A stretch of 62,612 nt of DNA, counting the filler, from Nemertoderma westbladi (Eukaryota > Animalia > Xenacoelomorpha), in assembly GCA_032718475.1 (NCBI GenBank). It is 3 parts of 3 records of this genome, joined end to end, with 100 filler letters (N's around TTAATTAATTAA, not from the genome) between each part and the next. Parts side by side here need not be neighbours in the genome. Positions count along the whole stretch, not along the records: positions 23,395 to 49,387 come from JAUCBJ010006062.1; positions 49,488 to 62,612 come from JAUCBJ010004079.1; 1 more part is not named here. One strand, 5' to 3'. Position numbers and translations under genes: made by a program. This document shows, one piece after another, positions 39,963-52,400 of the stretch. The notes beneath the pieces were generated by a model. That model saw only the letters and a program-made list of their open reading frames with translations, ran no database searches and was not told where the DNA came from. Position 1 is the stretch's first letter, and every line of letters begins with the position of its first letter.

Positions 39963-40692
39963 TACAATCTGAGCAGGCTTACACGCCTTCTGTTCAATAC
40001 TGGCCTACAAATAAATAAAACTGACAGAAATAGGCCTAAGTAAAATCCCAATAAAAACCAGGCGTCCCCGATTAATTATTAAGACCTACCGGCATATAAT
40101 AATCAAATCGAATAATACTGCTGTACCTGTACCGTAAGTAGGTACCGGTCCGGATGATCAGGCAGTCAGGCCTACTGGTTACCGGTCGACCGGTACTTTC
40201 TACTAGATTGCTTACACCGCAATCCAGAAGCATTATCTGTTATTGTTTGCGCTTTTGAAGACCTTTGACAGTTTAACCTGCCAAAATTAGAATGTCTTTT
40301 AGATGATATATATTCTTTAGCTTTATGACGAGTATTTGATACACTACATTAGCCGAAGCCAGTCTATGCGCAATCATTCACCCGTTGGATATACCCGGGA
40401 GACTGAGTTCGGAGCTTAATGATTGATGGTGTAAGCCTACTGTATTATTCGACTGATCGTAATATATAATCTCTGACAAATATTATTCACTTTCGGGAAA
40501 TATTAACAGTTCCTTTATGCTTTAGGACGTGGCGCTCTAAATATGTAAACAGAGTTATGACTTAAACTAGTCACAACGAAAAGGCTATAGATTAACGTAT
40601 ATGGCGCATTCTTTAGGAGATGCTTTGTTATCAGTTACAATCATACACAATGCTACACAATACTGCACACTAATCTGCCGACCTTCACTAAA

Positions 40693-40750
40693 TTTGGTCA
40701 CGTATAAAGAGAGCAACAGACTTTGGTCACGTATAAAGAGAGCAACAGAC
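40693..40750. repeat. 29-bp perfect tandem duplication
   Basis: TTTGGTCACGTATAAAGAGAGCAACAGAC x2. Confidence 0.9.
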
Positions 40751-42019
40751 AATTTATGTTGGGCATATGAAATAGCATTAGATTCACTTCAAACCACTCA
40801 ACATAGGTCGCAATCGTGTATCTGTAACCGGTCTCTCTAACCTTTAGTATATCAAGAAGGTGGGGTGTCTGACTATTGATCAGTATTCCGATATAATATT
40901 TCATCAACAAATATAATGAACAACAGCAAAAGCAGTAATGTAAGATATGAATTGCATAGATATGTATGATAAGGTTGTAATTAACTCGGTAACTCAAGTT
41001 AGTCATTTGATAACAGATATACGTTCTATAATTAAGCCTACTAATGTAAAGCTAAAGAACGCTGATATACGGAGGTGCCAAAGGCCGATGTTCTTAGGCT
41101 CTGGGCAAAAACATAACACTGAACTACTGAGTTCTGTATACACCTCCAACACAGAGACAAAAAACGCTCTGATTGGTCAACCGAACAACGAGAGAACAAA
41201 GAAACAAAGAAACGTCGACGTGGCAATATCAGCTGTTAGCCGTCGTCATGGTAGCGACACTGTTTTCAAGAGTATCCAGCTTATCGCGTCACGAGATTGC
41301 GGATTATGTCCTCTAAAGTACAAATACAGTACAAATACAGAAGAAATGACTTTTATGTCCTCTAAAACACCAGTACAGCAAGGACACGGCCTTTTTATGC
41401 CTGGCAAACCAACTACAGAGTACTTTAAGGGAAAATAACCGGTTAATGACGCAAAAGCTTTTACACTCTCTGACGTCCTTCTGTCAGTCCAGGTCCTACT
41501 GTATGTCTTGTCATACCACCATGTATATACTGTATATCATACAGTATAACGACTCAGTCAGGGCCTTACAACGCACAACCAACAAAATATGTCACATTTG
41601 GAAAATATGACTGATTGTTATTCGATAAATTTTGTCTGTTGGTAATTGGCAAATTGAAAAAGTTACTTTTGGTAGACGAATGAAATAGCATCATAGTTCA
41701 TCAGAATTTCCCAGAATAAATATTGGATTATTAAAAGTTAGCATGAAGAAGAAATAACTAGGTAGAACAAGTTAGTGAAGCACACAGTTCAGAGAGATGC
41801 CAGCTGCGGTAGTACGTATAACAATTTTGATTAAATTGATAAACTTGTGTAATGTATTCATTTAGTCATTTCAATAGTGTTGAATTTGACATCGAGATAA
41901 TAGTGCTTTGTGCAGTTTGAATGGTGGAGGTGATGAAACAAAATGGTGTACAATGAATTCAAGTAAAATGAGATTGAGATAGAGCAATGATTGAAAGATT
42001 AATTATAAGATGAAATTCT

Positions 42020-42125
42020 GCCTGGTTAAATTAGGCTTGATGGGTGTAGGTTCTATAGACTGGTTCAAGTCCTACCTGTCAGATAGAGGTCAAACTGTAG
42101 TCATTAGCAAATCGCAGTCAACTGT
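42020..42125 (+). mobile_element. L2/Crack-like RT fragment
   Basis: KLGLMGVGSIDWFKSYLSDRGQTV is the CR1/L2-group WFxSYLxxRxQ motif; probably the same element as 43334-43913. Confidence 0.65.
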
Positions 42126-42128
42126 ACA

Positions 42129-42550
42129 ACTAGGATCAGCATGCTGCATTGCAGCTGCATTTTTAAGAATGCTGTGCCGGATTGTCGACAAAATTGTGCA
42201 ACCACAACTCCCTATCACCCATGACATTTGCTAGATCATCCGCATCTTCAAGGCCAGTGTCCTTTAAGATGCGTCTCAAGAAAGTCATGGCTGTCCACCA
42301 TGCTTATTCACTCCATGAGGCTGCCAAAGTACAAGAGTATTTATGCACTGGCTGGTCCTCACGGCGAAAGCAATGTCCTGCAAAGCGGAGGCGATTTTGT
42401 TCTAGTGTCAAGCTTGGGGGAACCAATGAGACATCTCCAATGTTATATAGTGTCTGGTTGGAGATGTGTGCATTGTACTTGGCACAATGAACCCGGCATA
42501 GCATTCTTGTGAATGTGCCATCCAGAGATTTGGTGTCCTCAGCAGTTAGC
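42129..42550 (-). mobile_element. RTE 3' fragment
   Basis: RLRFAGHCFRREDQPVH; near-identical to 48885-49305. Confidence 0.9.
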
Positions 42551-42821
42551 TACTACTACTACTAGGATCGGCATGCTGCATTGCAACTGCATTTTTAAGA
42601 ATGCTGTGCCGGCTTGTCAACAAAATTGCACCGCCACAACTCCCTATCACCCATGACATTTGCTAGATCATCCGCATCTTAAAGGACACTGGCCTTAAAG
42701 ATGCGGATGATCTAGCAAATATCATGGGTGATAGGGAGTTGTGGCGGTGCAATTTTGTTGACAAGCCGGCACAGCATTCTTAAAAATGCAGCTGCAATGC
42801 AGCATGCCGATCATAGTAGTA
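42550..42821. mobile_element. Head-to-head inverted pair of RTE 3' ends (about 270-bp palindrome)
   Basis: (CTA)n-GGATCGGCATGCTGCA...CCGCATCTTAAAGG followed by its reverse complement ending GCATGCCGATCATAGTAGTA. Confidence 0.9.
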
Positions 42822-42829
42822 TGCCTTTT

Positions 42830-43325
42830 CCTTACGTATTCGAAGGTCTTCACCTGACTTCCGGATCCATGATCCCAGGTAACAGAAGTCATTCACATGG
42901 TCAAGCCTAACATCCTTTGAGCTTATGCTCATCCGATCAGAGACTTGCAAAGTTAACTGTCAAAATTTTGGTCTTTCTGGAGTTAATAAAAATACTAACA
43001 GTAGAAGCAGCATGTTCTAATGAGCTGAGGAGCCGTTGGGCTCCCTCTAGTGATTCTGAGAGTACTCCTAAGTCATCAGCAAAGTCTAGATCAGTTAGGT
43101 ACTTGGCATGATTAACTCAATTCTGGAGCCAGTAGGTGGAGTTATCATCACACCATCATCATTATGATGATTTAAGGACATGCGTAGAACATATTCAACC
43201 AAAATTATGAACAAGAATGGTGCAAGTGTGTCTCCCTGGAGGACGCCCCATAACACTTCAAATGGTTCTGTGTCACCGTAAACAGTAGACACAAATGTTG
43301 TCGAACCATCGTATACTGATGGTAA
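42830..43325 (-). mobile_element. RTE RT-domain fragment
   Basis: GVLQGDTLAPFLFIILV, then after a frameshift YLTDLDFADDLGVLS...INSRKTKI. Confidence 0.85.
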
Positions 43326-43333
43326 ATGTCCCA

Positions 43334-43913
43334 ATTACCTAAAACAAAAATTCAACAAAGTAGGCGATACACACTCTTACAATACCAGAGCTAGTGCTTT
43401 AAACTTCTACTTCCCGAATTGTAAATCCTTCGAATCTGATACTTTCTTTTTTAACGGCATTAAAAATTGGAACGCGCTGCCTAATGAAATTAAAAACCTA
43501 GATAATCAACATTCTTTTAAATCTGCTGTTAAATTTCACCTCCGTGTGCAAAGTAAAAATAGGTACAATAGTCCTACAGTAAGTTATTAGTTTATTAATT
43601 ATTTACTATTTATACTGTAATTACGTTTTATATTAAATTGTTCTGTACATTACATCTTTATCGTTGAGTCGGACATTGTCACGCTCTTGGTACATGTACA
43701 TAGTGTAATTACGTTTTATATTGGTTTTAGGTTAGCGTAGTGTAATATTGTATTTGTAACCAAGTAACATAAAGGACCCCCTTTAGAAATAAGCTGCAAA
43801 GAAGCTGTAGGGGTAATTCTATATGTTATGTTGGACAATACCTTTATACCGGTACATGTTTGGTGTATTTGTTATTGTTTTTACATAATGGTATAAATAA
43901 ATCTATCTATCTA
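43334..43913 (+). mobile_element. L2/Crack-like LINE C-terminus, 3'UTR and tail
   Basis: PNYLK...HSYNTR...F..NGIKNWNALPNEIK...FKSAVKFHL...stop near 43590; ends AATAAATAAATCTATCTATCTA. Confidence 0.8.
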
Positions 43914-44149
43914 TAAGGCCAAGTTAAATTCAGTTCAGACAACAACTTTAAGATACAACGCCTAAGTGGTTTGTTTATTTTTTTATTTTTTTTAAACAGT
44001 GATCTTCTGGGGAATGGCCAGAGAATGACAGTGACCTACGACCAGTCTCAAGTCTAACTAGAGGCGGGTGGTAAAGACCCGACGACCCCGATCTAGTATT
44101 GTATGAGTGTACAATTGATGTTTTCGTTAATAAATAAGCCATGGGATGT

Positions 44150-44940
44150 GGAGACTACAGTCTAGAGGCAAAATATTAAGGCGCTTATAAATATGAAGAT
44201 AGGAAGATCTACTGTTGCTAAATGTAACACAGCGTAAGATTTGATTTACCTTTGTGCCTAGAGGTTTAAGAATTGAGCTAAAGTGCTACCCCAGATCGCC
44301 ATCCCGTAAAAAATATTGAGATATAGAAGATAAAAGAATAGCATTCGCAATACTGTATTTGGGGAGGCAGGATCTGTCTAAGTTTATAAAACTGATTTAA
44401 AACTGATATAAAACCTGATTTAGAAATTTTATCTAATATACATTGTATGTAAGGTCTAAAAGTTAATTTATGGTCAATATAAATTGCCAAGACATAGAAG
44501 TTTGGGTGCGGGTTATTGGATGGCTGTTCAACAAAACCTGCACAGGCTGAGAATCAGAAGATAAATTTGTTGTGTTTGAAAATGTTGTGTATTCTGTTTT
44601 TGATAGATTAAGAGTCAGTTTATTGTCAATAAGCCAATCCGTAATGCTATGCGTGTTTGAATTAATAGACTGAATGAGATTGGAAACAGATGTTGATATA
44701 AGGCTCGAGGAAGTTTCGTTGTTAAAAAAGGATATTCGGAAATGAGCGTTGTGGACCTCCACAATGTAGAGGTCATTTAGGTAGATAGGAACAGAATTGG
44801 CCCCTTACAGAACCTTGATGAATACCGCAATTTAAAGGGCGAATGCCAGAGTTAGAAATCCCCACTCAAACAAACTGGGTCCGGTTAGAAAGGTAGTCTG
44901 CAAATAGTGAGTGGGGAGAACCCCGAATCCATAGCACGAT
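44150..44940 (-). pseudogene. Decayed CR1/L2-group RT fragment
   Basis: YGIRG...DYLSNRTQFV, CGIHQGSV, WLIDNKLTLNLSKTEY, IYIDHKLTF with frameshifts. Confidence 0.7.
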
Positions 44941-45999
44941 TTAAAACAATTTAAATCTCAGTGTTTCTTTAAATTGATTTGTAGACAAAATACATGTACT
45001 GCAATTAGATTAGATTCAAATCGATCTTTTACGAATTTATCTGCCTTATTGCGAGATGTATCCAGCCAAGGTTTTACTGGTTGATTTGACTGATCTAGAG
45101 CCAAAACTGACGTAATGATTTTGATAAAATCGCTCATTAAACGTGAAAGGATATCAGATCAATTGCTGTGGTCTAACTCCTTGAGAAAATAGTATGCTGA
45201 GTTTACCATATCGATTTATGCTTCTAAATACCTTCTTCGGGGAATATAAATTAATTATAGCTATTGCAGAATACAGTGTAGCCAATTTCGTCAGTGTTGC
45301 TTATTAAATAAAATTTCCCCCCCCAAATTCAATATACTCATTACCGACAGTGTTTCTCGATCAGTACATAGAGCGTTTCTTTAACTTAACTTTAACTATA
45401 TCTGCCATTAATAGTTAGTTAAGGGCACCAGACCATAATTATATGACTAAAACATGAAATTTTCGATTTTAAGCTAATTTGGGTCAAAATTTTATAATGA
45501 ACGATATCGCTAAAGAAATAATTCTCCACTTAATTTCAAATCAAATTAATATTAAATTAAATAATAACAAATACATAATAACACATACATACATGAACCA
45601 ACATTTCAACTCAAAATAGAGCCATCTTCAGGGTAAGTAAAACAACTGCCTAATCTAATACTGGAGTAACGGTACAACAAATACAGGCCTAAGTAAACAC
45701 AATTTTTTTAATACTACATTGTGGTTATAAATCTAACTACAGTAAATATACAAACTCAAAATAATTCCCAAACTCGAGATATTCGTCTTCAATTGAAGCT
45801 AGTCGCATGTCTCTGATCGAAAAATATTATATGTCCGTAGATTATTGATACCGCTCAACTCCACTGAAAGCCCTTTGTTTCCCCTCCTGAAGCCTTATAT
45901 AGTTATAATGAGGTTGTTAATTTTATAAAAAAGTATTGTAAACGAGAATGCAGATTTATATTTAAATCAAGGCATTCCAATTAGTATTATGTAGAATTA

Positions 46000-46264
46000 G
46001 AGCAGCAGCTTGGTCTAGTGGTGACATTACTGTGCTTCCGATTAGGGAGCCCGGGTTCGATCCCTAGATGGGGTAGCACTGTTTGGGCTCAGTGCTTTAA
46101 ATACTGCAGCCTAGCCCAACCCCGGCTTTCATTCTTCAGTGATCGATAAATGGGAACCAAGGCAACTTGGGAAACAGAGTGGAAGGGTTTACTGTGGAAG
46201 ATCACCCACGGTGGTGAACAGGCATTCCTTGGCTTATAGATGAGCCTAAAAGATTCTCCCATTC
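46000..46264 (+). mobile_element. tRNA-derived SINE
   Basis: A box TGGTCTAGTGG and B box GGTTCGATCCC. Central CGGCTTTCATTCTTCAGTGATCGATAAATGGGAACCA resembles the Meta/Sauria-type SINE core. 14-bp TSD ATTATGTAGAATTA (45986-45999, 46265-46278). Confidence 0.9.
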
Positions 46265-46699
46265 ATTATGTAGAATTAATATTGTGTAAGAATTCAATGG
46301 TATATTATGTATGTACCAATATGTCAAGGTAACAAACTGCCTAAATAATAATTACAGAAAGATAATACAGAAACATGTTAGCTGCTTTATGAAATAATGA
46401 TAAATTCTATCACTCTGTGTGTATCTTTCCGAAACAAAACCGAAAACAGTTGCTGAATGGATTGCTAATTTGGTAGTGAAATCATTATATTGGCTATTCA
46501 TCCATGAGAACTCGTTGTTCTCATGGATGAATAGCCAATATATGTATATAAAGCAGTTCCACCTCGTTGAACACTCATTCTTTGCATAGGACGACGATAT
46601 TTGTTTTATTTTAGTATTCTGGCTTTTTCTATTATTTTCAACCTCTACAATCTCACTGGATATTTCAACTGTCTTTTGAATTCCCCTGGAGTGCTATCT

Positions 46700-48218
46700 G
46701 ATAAGCACTCATCTAACATTTTGTTATTTGATTTCATCAAAGAAATATTGTGTTGCCAGCACTGCTCCAGCAAAAATATATCTATAGAGACTGGGGAATC
46801 AACTGGCTTAGCTACCAATATTTCAGTAAAGGGTAACAATTGTTTCCAAAATTCCACATTCTGAACCAGGCAGACCAGTCTATGAGAGTAATGTAAGGTT
46901 TGCATATGCTATGAAATGCGTTGGACTTGGTGATTATGGATCCCTTTGCAGCAATTATAGGTTTGCCACCACCACTTCTGCATATTTCACGCATTTATGA
47001 GCATATTCTCCCTCATGTTGAATCTGTGGCTGAACAATCAATGGCTGCAGCTGCCAAAGAAGCCATATCTGAAAACACTGAATCGGAAATCAAAACTGAT
47101 TTAGCTGTTAGTATCGATGGTAGCTGGCAGAAACGTGGCCACAAGTCATTCAATGGAATTGTTTCTGTTATATCTGTCGATGTAGGGAAAGATTGAATTG
47201 ATATACAGTGCATATCCAAGTTTTGTAATACTTGCATTCGAATTCCAAAGGATGATAAAGTTGCCATAGATACACATAAAGATGTTTGTGTTCGAAACTA
47301 TGAGGGGACAAGCGGAGGAATGGAAGTAGCAGGTGCAAAAATGATGTTTTTGCGTTCAGTGGATAAACATGGGGCCCGAAGTACTAAATACTTAGGAGAT
47401 GGAGATAGCAATTCATTCAGCACTGTTGCAAATAGTTTGCCCTATGGTGACAGTTGTTCTATTCAAAAACTTGAGTGCATTGGACATGTCCAAAAGAGAA
47501 TGGGGTGCTGACTTCGAAGGTTGAAGGTACAAAGTTGGCTGAGTTGGGGAAAGCTATAGGTGGGCGCAATCGACTCACAGATTCGGTGACAAATTATTTG
47601 CATCTTTACTATGGGATGGCTATTAGAAGAAATACTCATGATTTAGGAGAAATGAGGCGAGCTGTCCAGGCCATTCGTTTCCACAAGCTCTCTACTGATG
47701 ATAATCCACAACATGGCCTTTGTCCACAGGGTTTTCAGTCCTGGTGCCCATATAATAAACACTTGGTTACTGGAGAAGCATATTCCCATAAAAATAGCAT
47801 ACCAATTGCTATTATGGATGAGCTAAGGCCTATCTTCAGGGACCTTTCAGATGTCACTCTTCTGAGCAGATGTAAAACTAGTAGTAAAACTCAGAACAAT
47901 AATGAGAGTTTGAATAATGCCATTTGGGCACGATGCCCAAAACGAGTCTTTGTCGGTATGACAGCCTTAGAACTGGGAGCATATGATGCTGTATCCTGCT
48001 TCAATGATGGAAATTCTTCGAGAGTTCATGTTCTCAAGAATATGGGAATTGTTCCTGGATCTAATTGTATGAATGGTCTCTCTTATCTTGATAGAATTCG
48101 AGTAGACAATGCCAATAGTGAATTATTTAAGATATAATCTTCGGCAAATGGAGACAACAAAAGGAAGGAGCGAGTCGATGAATAAGATGATAGTGAATAT
48201 GGGGCTGGTCAATTCTAG
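46700..48218 (+). pseudogene. Kolobok-Hydra-type ('Mutator-like') DDE transposase pseudogene
   Basis: VSIDGSWQKRGH, C..NYEGTSGGMEVAG, KYLGDGDS, KLECIGHVQKRMG, YYGMAIRRN, H.LCP....WCPY, TQNNNESLN..IW..CPK, C-terminal YGAGQF*. Internal stops (for example 47194) and a frameshift near 47510. Confidence 0.85.
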
Positions 48219-48884
48219 TTAATAATGTTGAACCATCCTTTATCAACAGCTCTCTCAGTCATCATAGTCATCATTTATATCACCTAATACCTCTTGAATC
48301 TTGAAAAATCGCATTATATATGTTATATTTTACTCTTGGTCATTTTTCCTAAACTCCGAACTTTAAACTTGATTTACTCGGAATCATGTTTTCGCGAAGG
48401 CTGGATTGCTCATGTACCTATATCTGAAGAACCCCTGAATGGTTTTGGCTGAAATTTTCTGTGTTGCTTCTGTGAACGTTATGCATTAATTGGAACTAGA
48501 ATCATTAATTTCTGGGTATCAGGTATTATGGTCTGTACATAAAAATTACACCCCAGCACTATTATTTTTATTATCTTATAAGAAGTATTAAGTTGAGATG
48601 AGAATGGGATGGTGAACTGATTATTGTCTATGATGGCCTGGGAAGCAGCTAATAGCATAGCTAGTAAACGCTGCCACCCAGGAAATGAAGTATTATGTAT
48701 GGAAATATGAGATTAGTGATAATCTCATACCTTTTCAGTAATTATATGCATTTTTCTTATCCTTTTTCATACACACAAGGCAAACAACCTCTCTATTATC
48801 GATATGTTACTTACTAATATTAGGCATATTTGAATAATCAACACTGTAGACCTACTAAAAGAGTGTGGTGTGGCACCTCGTCTG

Positions 48885-49387
48885 CTACTAGGATCGGCAT
48901 GCTGCATTGCAGCTGCATTTTTAAGAATGCTGTGCCGGCTTATCGACAAAATTGCACCGCCACAACTCCCTATCACCCATGACATTTGCTAGATCATCCG
49001 CATCTTCAAGGCCAGTGTCCTTTAAGATGCATCTCAAGAAAGTCATGGGCTGTCCACCATGCTTATTCACTCCATGAGGCTGCCAAAGTACAAGATTATG
49101 CACTGGCTGGTCCTCACGGCGAAAGCAATGTCCTGCAAAGCGGAGGTGATTTTGTTCTAGTGTCATGCTTGGGGGAACCAATGAGACACCTCCAATGTTA
49201 TATAGTGTCTGGTTGGAGATGTGTGCATTGTACTTGACACAATGAACCCGGCGTAGCATTCTTGTGAATGTGCCATCCAGAAATTTGGTGTCCTCAGCAG
49301 TTAGAGCCCAGCATGGACTCACATAGAGGTGTACTGGAACTACTGCTGCTCTAAATAATCGGACCTTAAGTTTCCGATTAATTCTCG
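48885..49387 (-). mobile_element. RTE LINE 3' portion, cut by the contig end
   Basis: WALT...DGTFTRMLRRV...LRFAGHCFRR...LVLWQP...DRELWR; short (TAG)n tail. Confidence 0.9.
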
Positions 49388-49487
49388 NNNNNNNNNNNNN
49401 NNNNNNNNNNNNNNNNNNNNNNNNNNNNNNNTTAATTAATTAANNNNNNNNNNNNNNNNNNNNNNNNNNNNNNNNNNNNNNNNNNNN
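49388..49487. other. Artificial contig spacer
   Basis: 44 N + TTAATTAATTAA + 44 N, identical in design to 23295-23394. Confidence 0.97.
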
Positions 49488-52400
49488 CCCGGGTTCGATC
49501 CCTGCTATCGACAACTCTCTGCCAGTTTTCGCGTTCCATTTCGTCGTATTCTCTCATCTCTCTCGTTAGATTCCCCTTTATTTCCCGCTCGATTTTACCG
49601 GGATGGACTTCAACTCGTCTCATAAACTCAACATCGCTATCAGAATCGTCGGATTTTACTCTCCGTTTCGGTAAACGTCTGTAATTATCCGTACGAGTTA
49701 TGAGTTTCCCCGCCAACTTCCGTATCTCTCTGTCACCTTCCCATGGTAACAACAAATAACAACAAGCCAACAACTCCCCTGGTTCAAATTTACCGACATT
49801 TGTCAACCAGCTGACTAACCCCTTCTCTAATTCATCCACAACATTCAACTTCTCGACTTCCTTCACTCGATATAAATGTTTTATGTTCTGTTGCAGTTCT
49901 CTATCTAAATGGATCCTGTAATATTCTCTATCGCGAATTTGAGTCTGCAAAATCAACGCCACTGTTAGTTTCGTTGAAACTTTAAGTTCATTTAATGATC
50001 TTTCAATATTATTGTTATGCTTCAATAACAGCTGAATATATCGATGTTTTAACCTAATCGCCAGACTTTCAACCAAATCTTTTCTCTCCTTTTCAAACTC
50101 TTTATCAATTCGCTTACTGTTCAACTCTAGCTCTCTACTCTGACTTTGAATAACTTCCATACCCCTCCCGTCTTTAAGAAATCCCTTTTTATTTAATTCA
50201 AAGACTATCTGCAATTTTATCTGTTCAATTACAGTAGTCCTGTGTTGTGCGTAACCTAATCGCCTACAGTTATACAGACATACGCACACCATAGACGCCG
50301 AAACTTCATTTTCCTTTCTCTGTAACAAAGCGACTCTTTGTCTCATAACTTTCTCATTAGCTGCGTCTATTTCATCCAAACTTCGAATCTTTTGAAGTTT
50401 CAACAGGTTCAGCTCTTCCTCTAAATGTTTCCTAAACAACGATAAATCAAAGTCAATTTCCTTCCCTCTAAACTCATTCTCCCTTCTAAATTGTTCAAAT
50501 TCTTCTTCCTGTTTCTCTTTTAGCCGTATCAACCTTCTTTCTGTCTTTATCTTGGTACCAAGTTCTAACTCTTGTCTCCGTTTCAGTTTGTTTATACTAA
50601 TTGAGTTGTCCAAACAAGACATTAGGTTATCGAATAGCGAAGATAATGAATTACTTTCAGTTTCATTAAGATCTGTTTGTGAATCTATTAATTCTTGTAT
50701 AACATTACGTTGGTACTCCCTCAGTTGTAATTGTTCGAATACTTCAGTCTCTATAACGTAACTTCCTTCTTTTTTAAATTGTTTCATCTGTTTCCTCAGC
50801 AGCGCCAGTTGCAATGTCTGGTCCTCCGAATGTTTTTCACGCAGTGCATCTAACTCGTCTTTATGTCGGGTTTTTATCACTTCTATTTCATTGTATGTTA
50901 GATCTGTAACACCCACGAGCACTTCCATAAGTTTATCTTCACTGTCACGCAGATCGTTTATACAAATACCAACCATTTCTTCCATCATTGCTTTATATTT
51001 TGTGGTAATATTTTCATCATGTATATTTCTCATTTTTCTAATAATAGCTTCATTTTTTGCAATCAGTGATATTTTTTTAGAAATATACTGCTGTAAGGAA
51101 AAGTGCGTCGAACCTCCTATTGTATTTATAATATTCCCCTCAGTTGTATTGAATTCGTCTATTTCTTTGGCATACACCTCCTCTGCCATCTTTAATTCTT
51201 TCAGAAACTCGCCTTCAATGTCAACATGCAGCTCCTTCTCTTTATTTTTCCTATCTTTATCAAATTTATCTTTCAATTCTAAAACTTCGAGTTTTAATTG
51301 ATCCATAAAACTGTTTTTCACTTTCTCAGTGATTCGAACTTGGTTATACAAATCAGAAATTATCGATTTTTGATTTTTCGCTAACATATTCAATATCTCT
51401 CTCAGGGAGTCCACATGTAAGTCTTTCATTTCGGCCATGAGACACCTTCGCAATAGAATCTCCTCAAGTGAGTACCTGGCACTGGCTAAGAACTCATCTA
51501 TTACTCGCTCTATATCGGATACAACCATCGAATACTCATTATTAAGTCTATCAGCATGAACCTCAGAAAGTTCACATTCATTAGTTATTTGTTTCATCAA
51601 GATCTGCGAACGAGATTTAGTTTCCAAAATCCTTCGAACTACAAACGATCTCCTCAAGGACTCGATAGAAAGAGAAAGTGTTATTCGCATTGAATCTGCG
51701 AGTTCTTCAGCCTCCATGTTGTATTTCTCGTCAAGTAAATCAAGTAATTCTCTCCTCTCTTTGGCACTAGCTTCGTTACCCCTAATCATAGCCTTGATCT
51801 TCCCTCGTTCCTCAAGTTGTTTTCTCCTCAGACCTAATAATTTATTTTCATTCTTCTTTATTTCTGGAAGGATTTCCAAATCGTATTCTTTCCTATGTTT
51901 ATCTTCTATGTTATTATCAATTACAACTACATCCTTCTCATAACTCGCAACAAACATTTCCACATATTTCCCTTTAGTCTCTGTAACATTCCCGAATGTT
52001 ATTTCCCTCACTAAATGAACTAAACAAAATCTCAAAGAGTCCAAAATAAAAGTCTCACATTTTACATCAGTAAGAAGAGATTCCTCAATGTTAGCGTATT
52101 CTACATGTTTCATTGTAAGTCGCTTATTCCTTAGAGAAAGAACTTTTACAAAACTCTCCGAATAATATTTGGAATTCCCTACCATTTTTATAGAGTTCAC
52201 AGCTTCCTGAAAACCTTGTTTCTTGTCCTTTAAATAATCTTTCGCTTTATTAAACAACTTGTTTCTAGTTAATTGTCTCTGCCGTTTTTTCAACAGTTTT
52301 TCTCGAATCTTAGCTTTTTCCTCTGGGGTTATCTTGGACGATCTTGGCATTGCGCAACATATCCAAACAACCCAAATTAGACCCGATATAATACAGCCAA

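Larger units (their letters stand above)
45423..48535 (+). mobile_element. Kolobok-type (Kolobok-Hydra-like) DNA transposon, decayed
   Basis: Left end TTAA|GGGCACCAGACCATAAT. The right end keeps ATTATGGTCTG (48525-48535) but has lost the outer TIR and TSD. Encloses the transposase pseudogene. Confidence 0.65.

Noticed and set aside
40947-41438. 163-aa ORF
   Set aside because: No recognisable motif or domain; could be chance in a locally GC-richer, promoter-like patch.
46000-46075. tRNA gene
   Set aside because: A and B boxes are present but there is no proper acceptor stem; it continues into a SINE body bounded by a TSD.
49432-49487. EVC2 C-terminus XXX...LIN*
   Set aside because: Translated from the N-run and the artificial linker.
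49488-49503. 16-nt identity (CCCGGGTTCGATCCCT) to the SINE B box at the EVC2 contig edge
   Set aside because: Too short, in frame with coding sequence and not followed by a SINE body. It may be chance or related to the assembly break, so the last few codons are uncertain.
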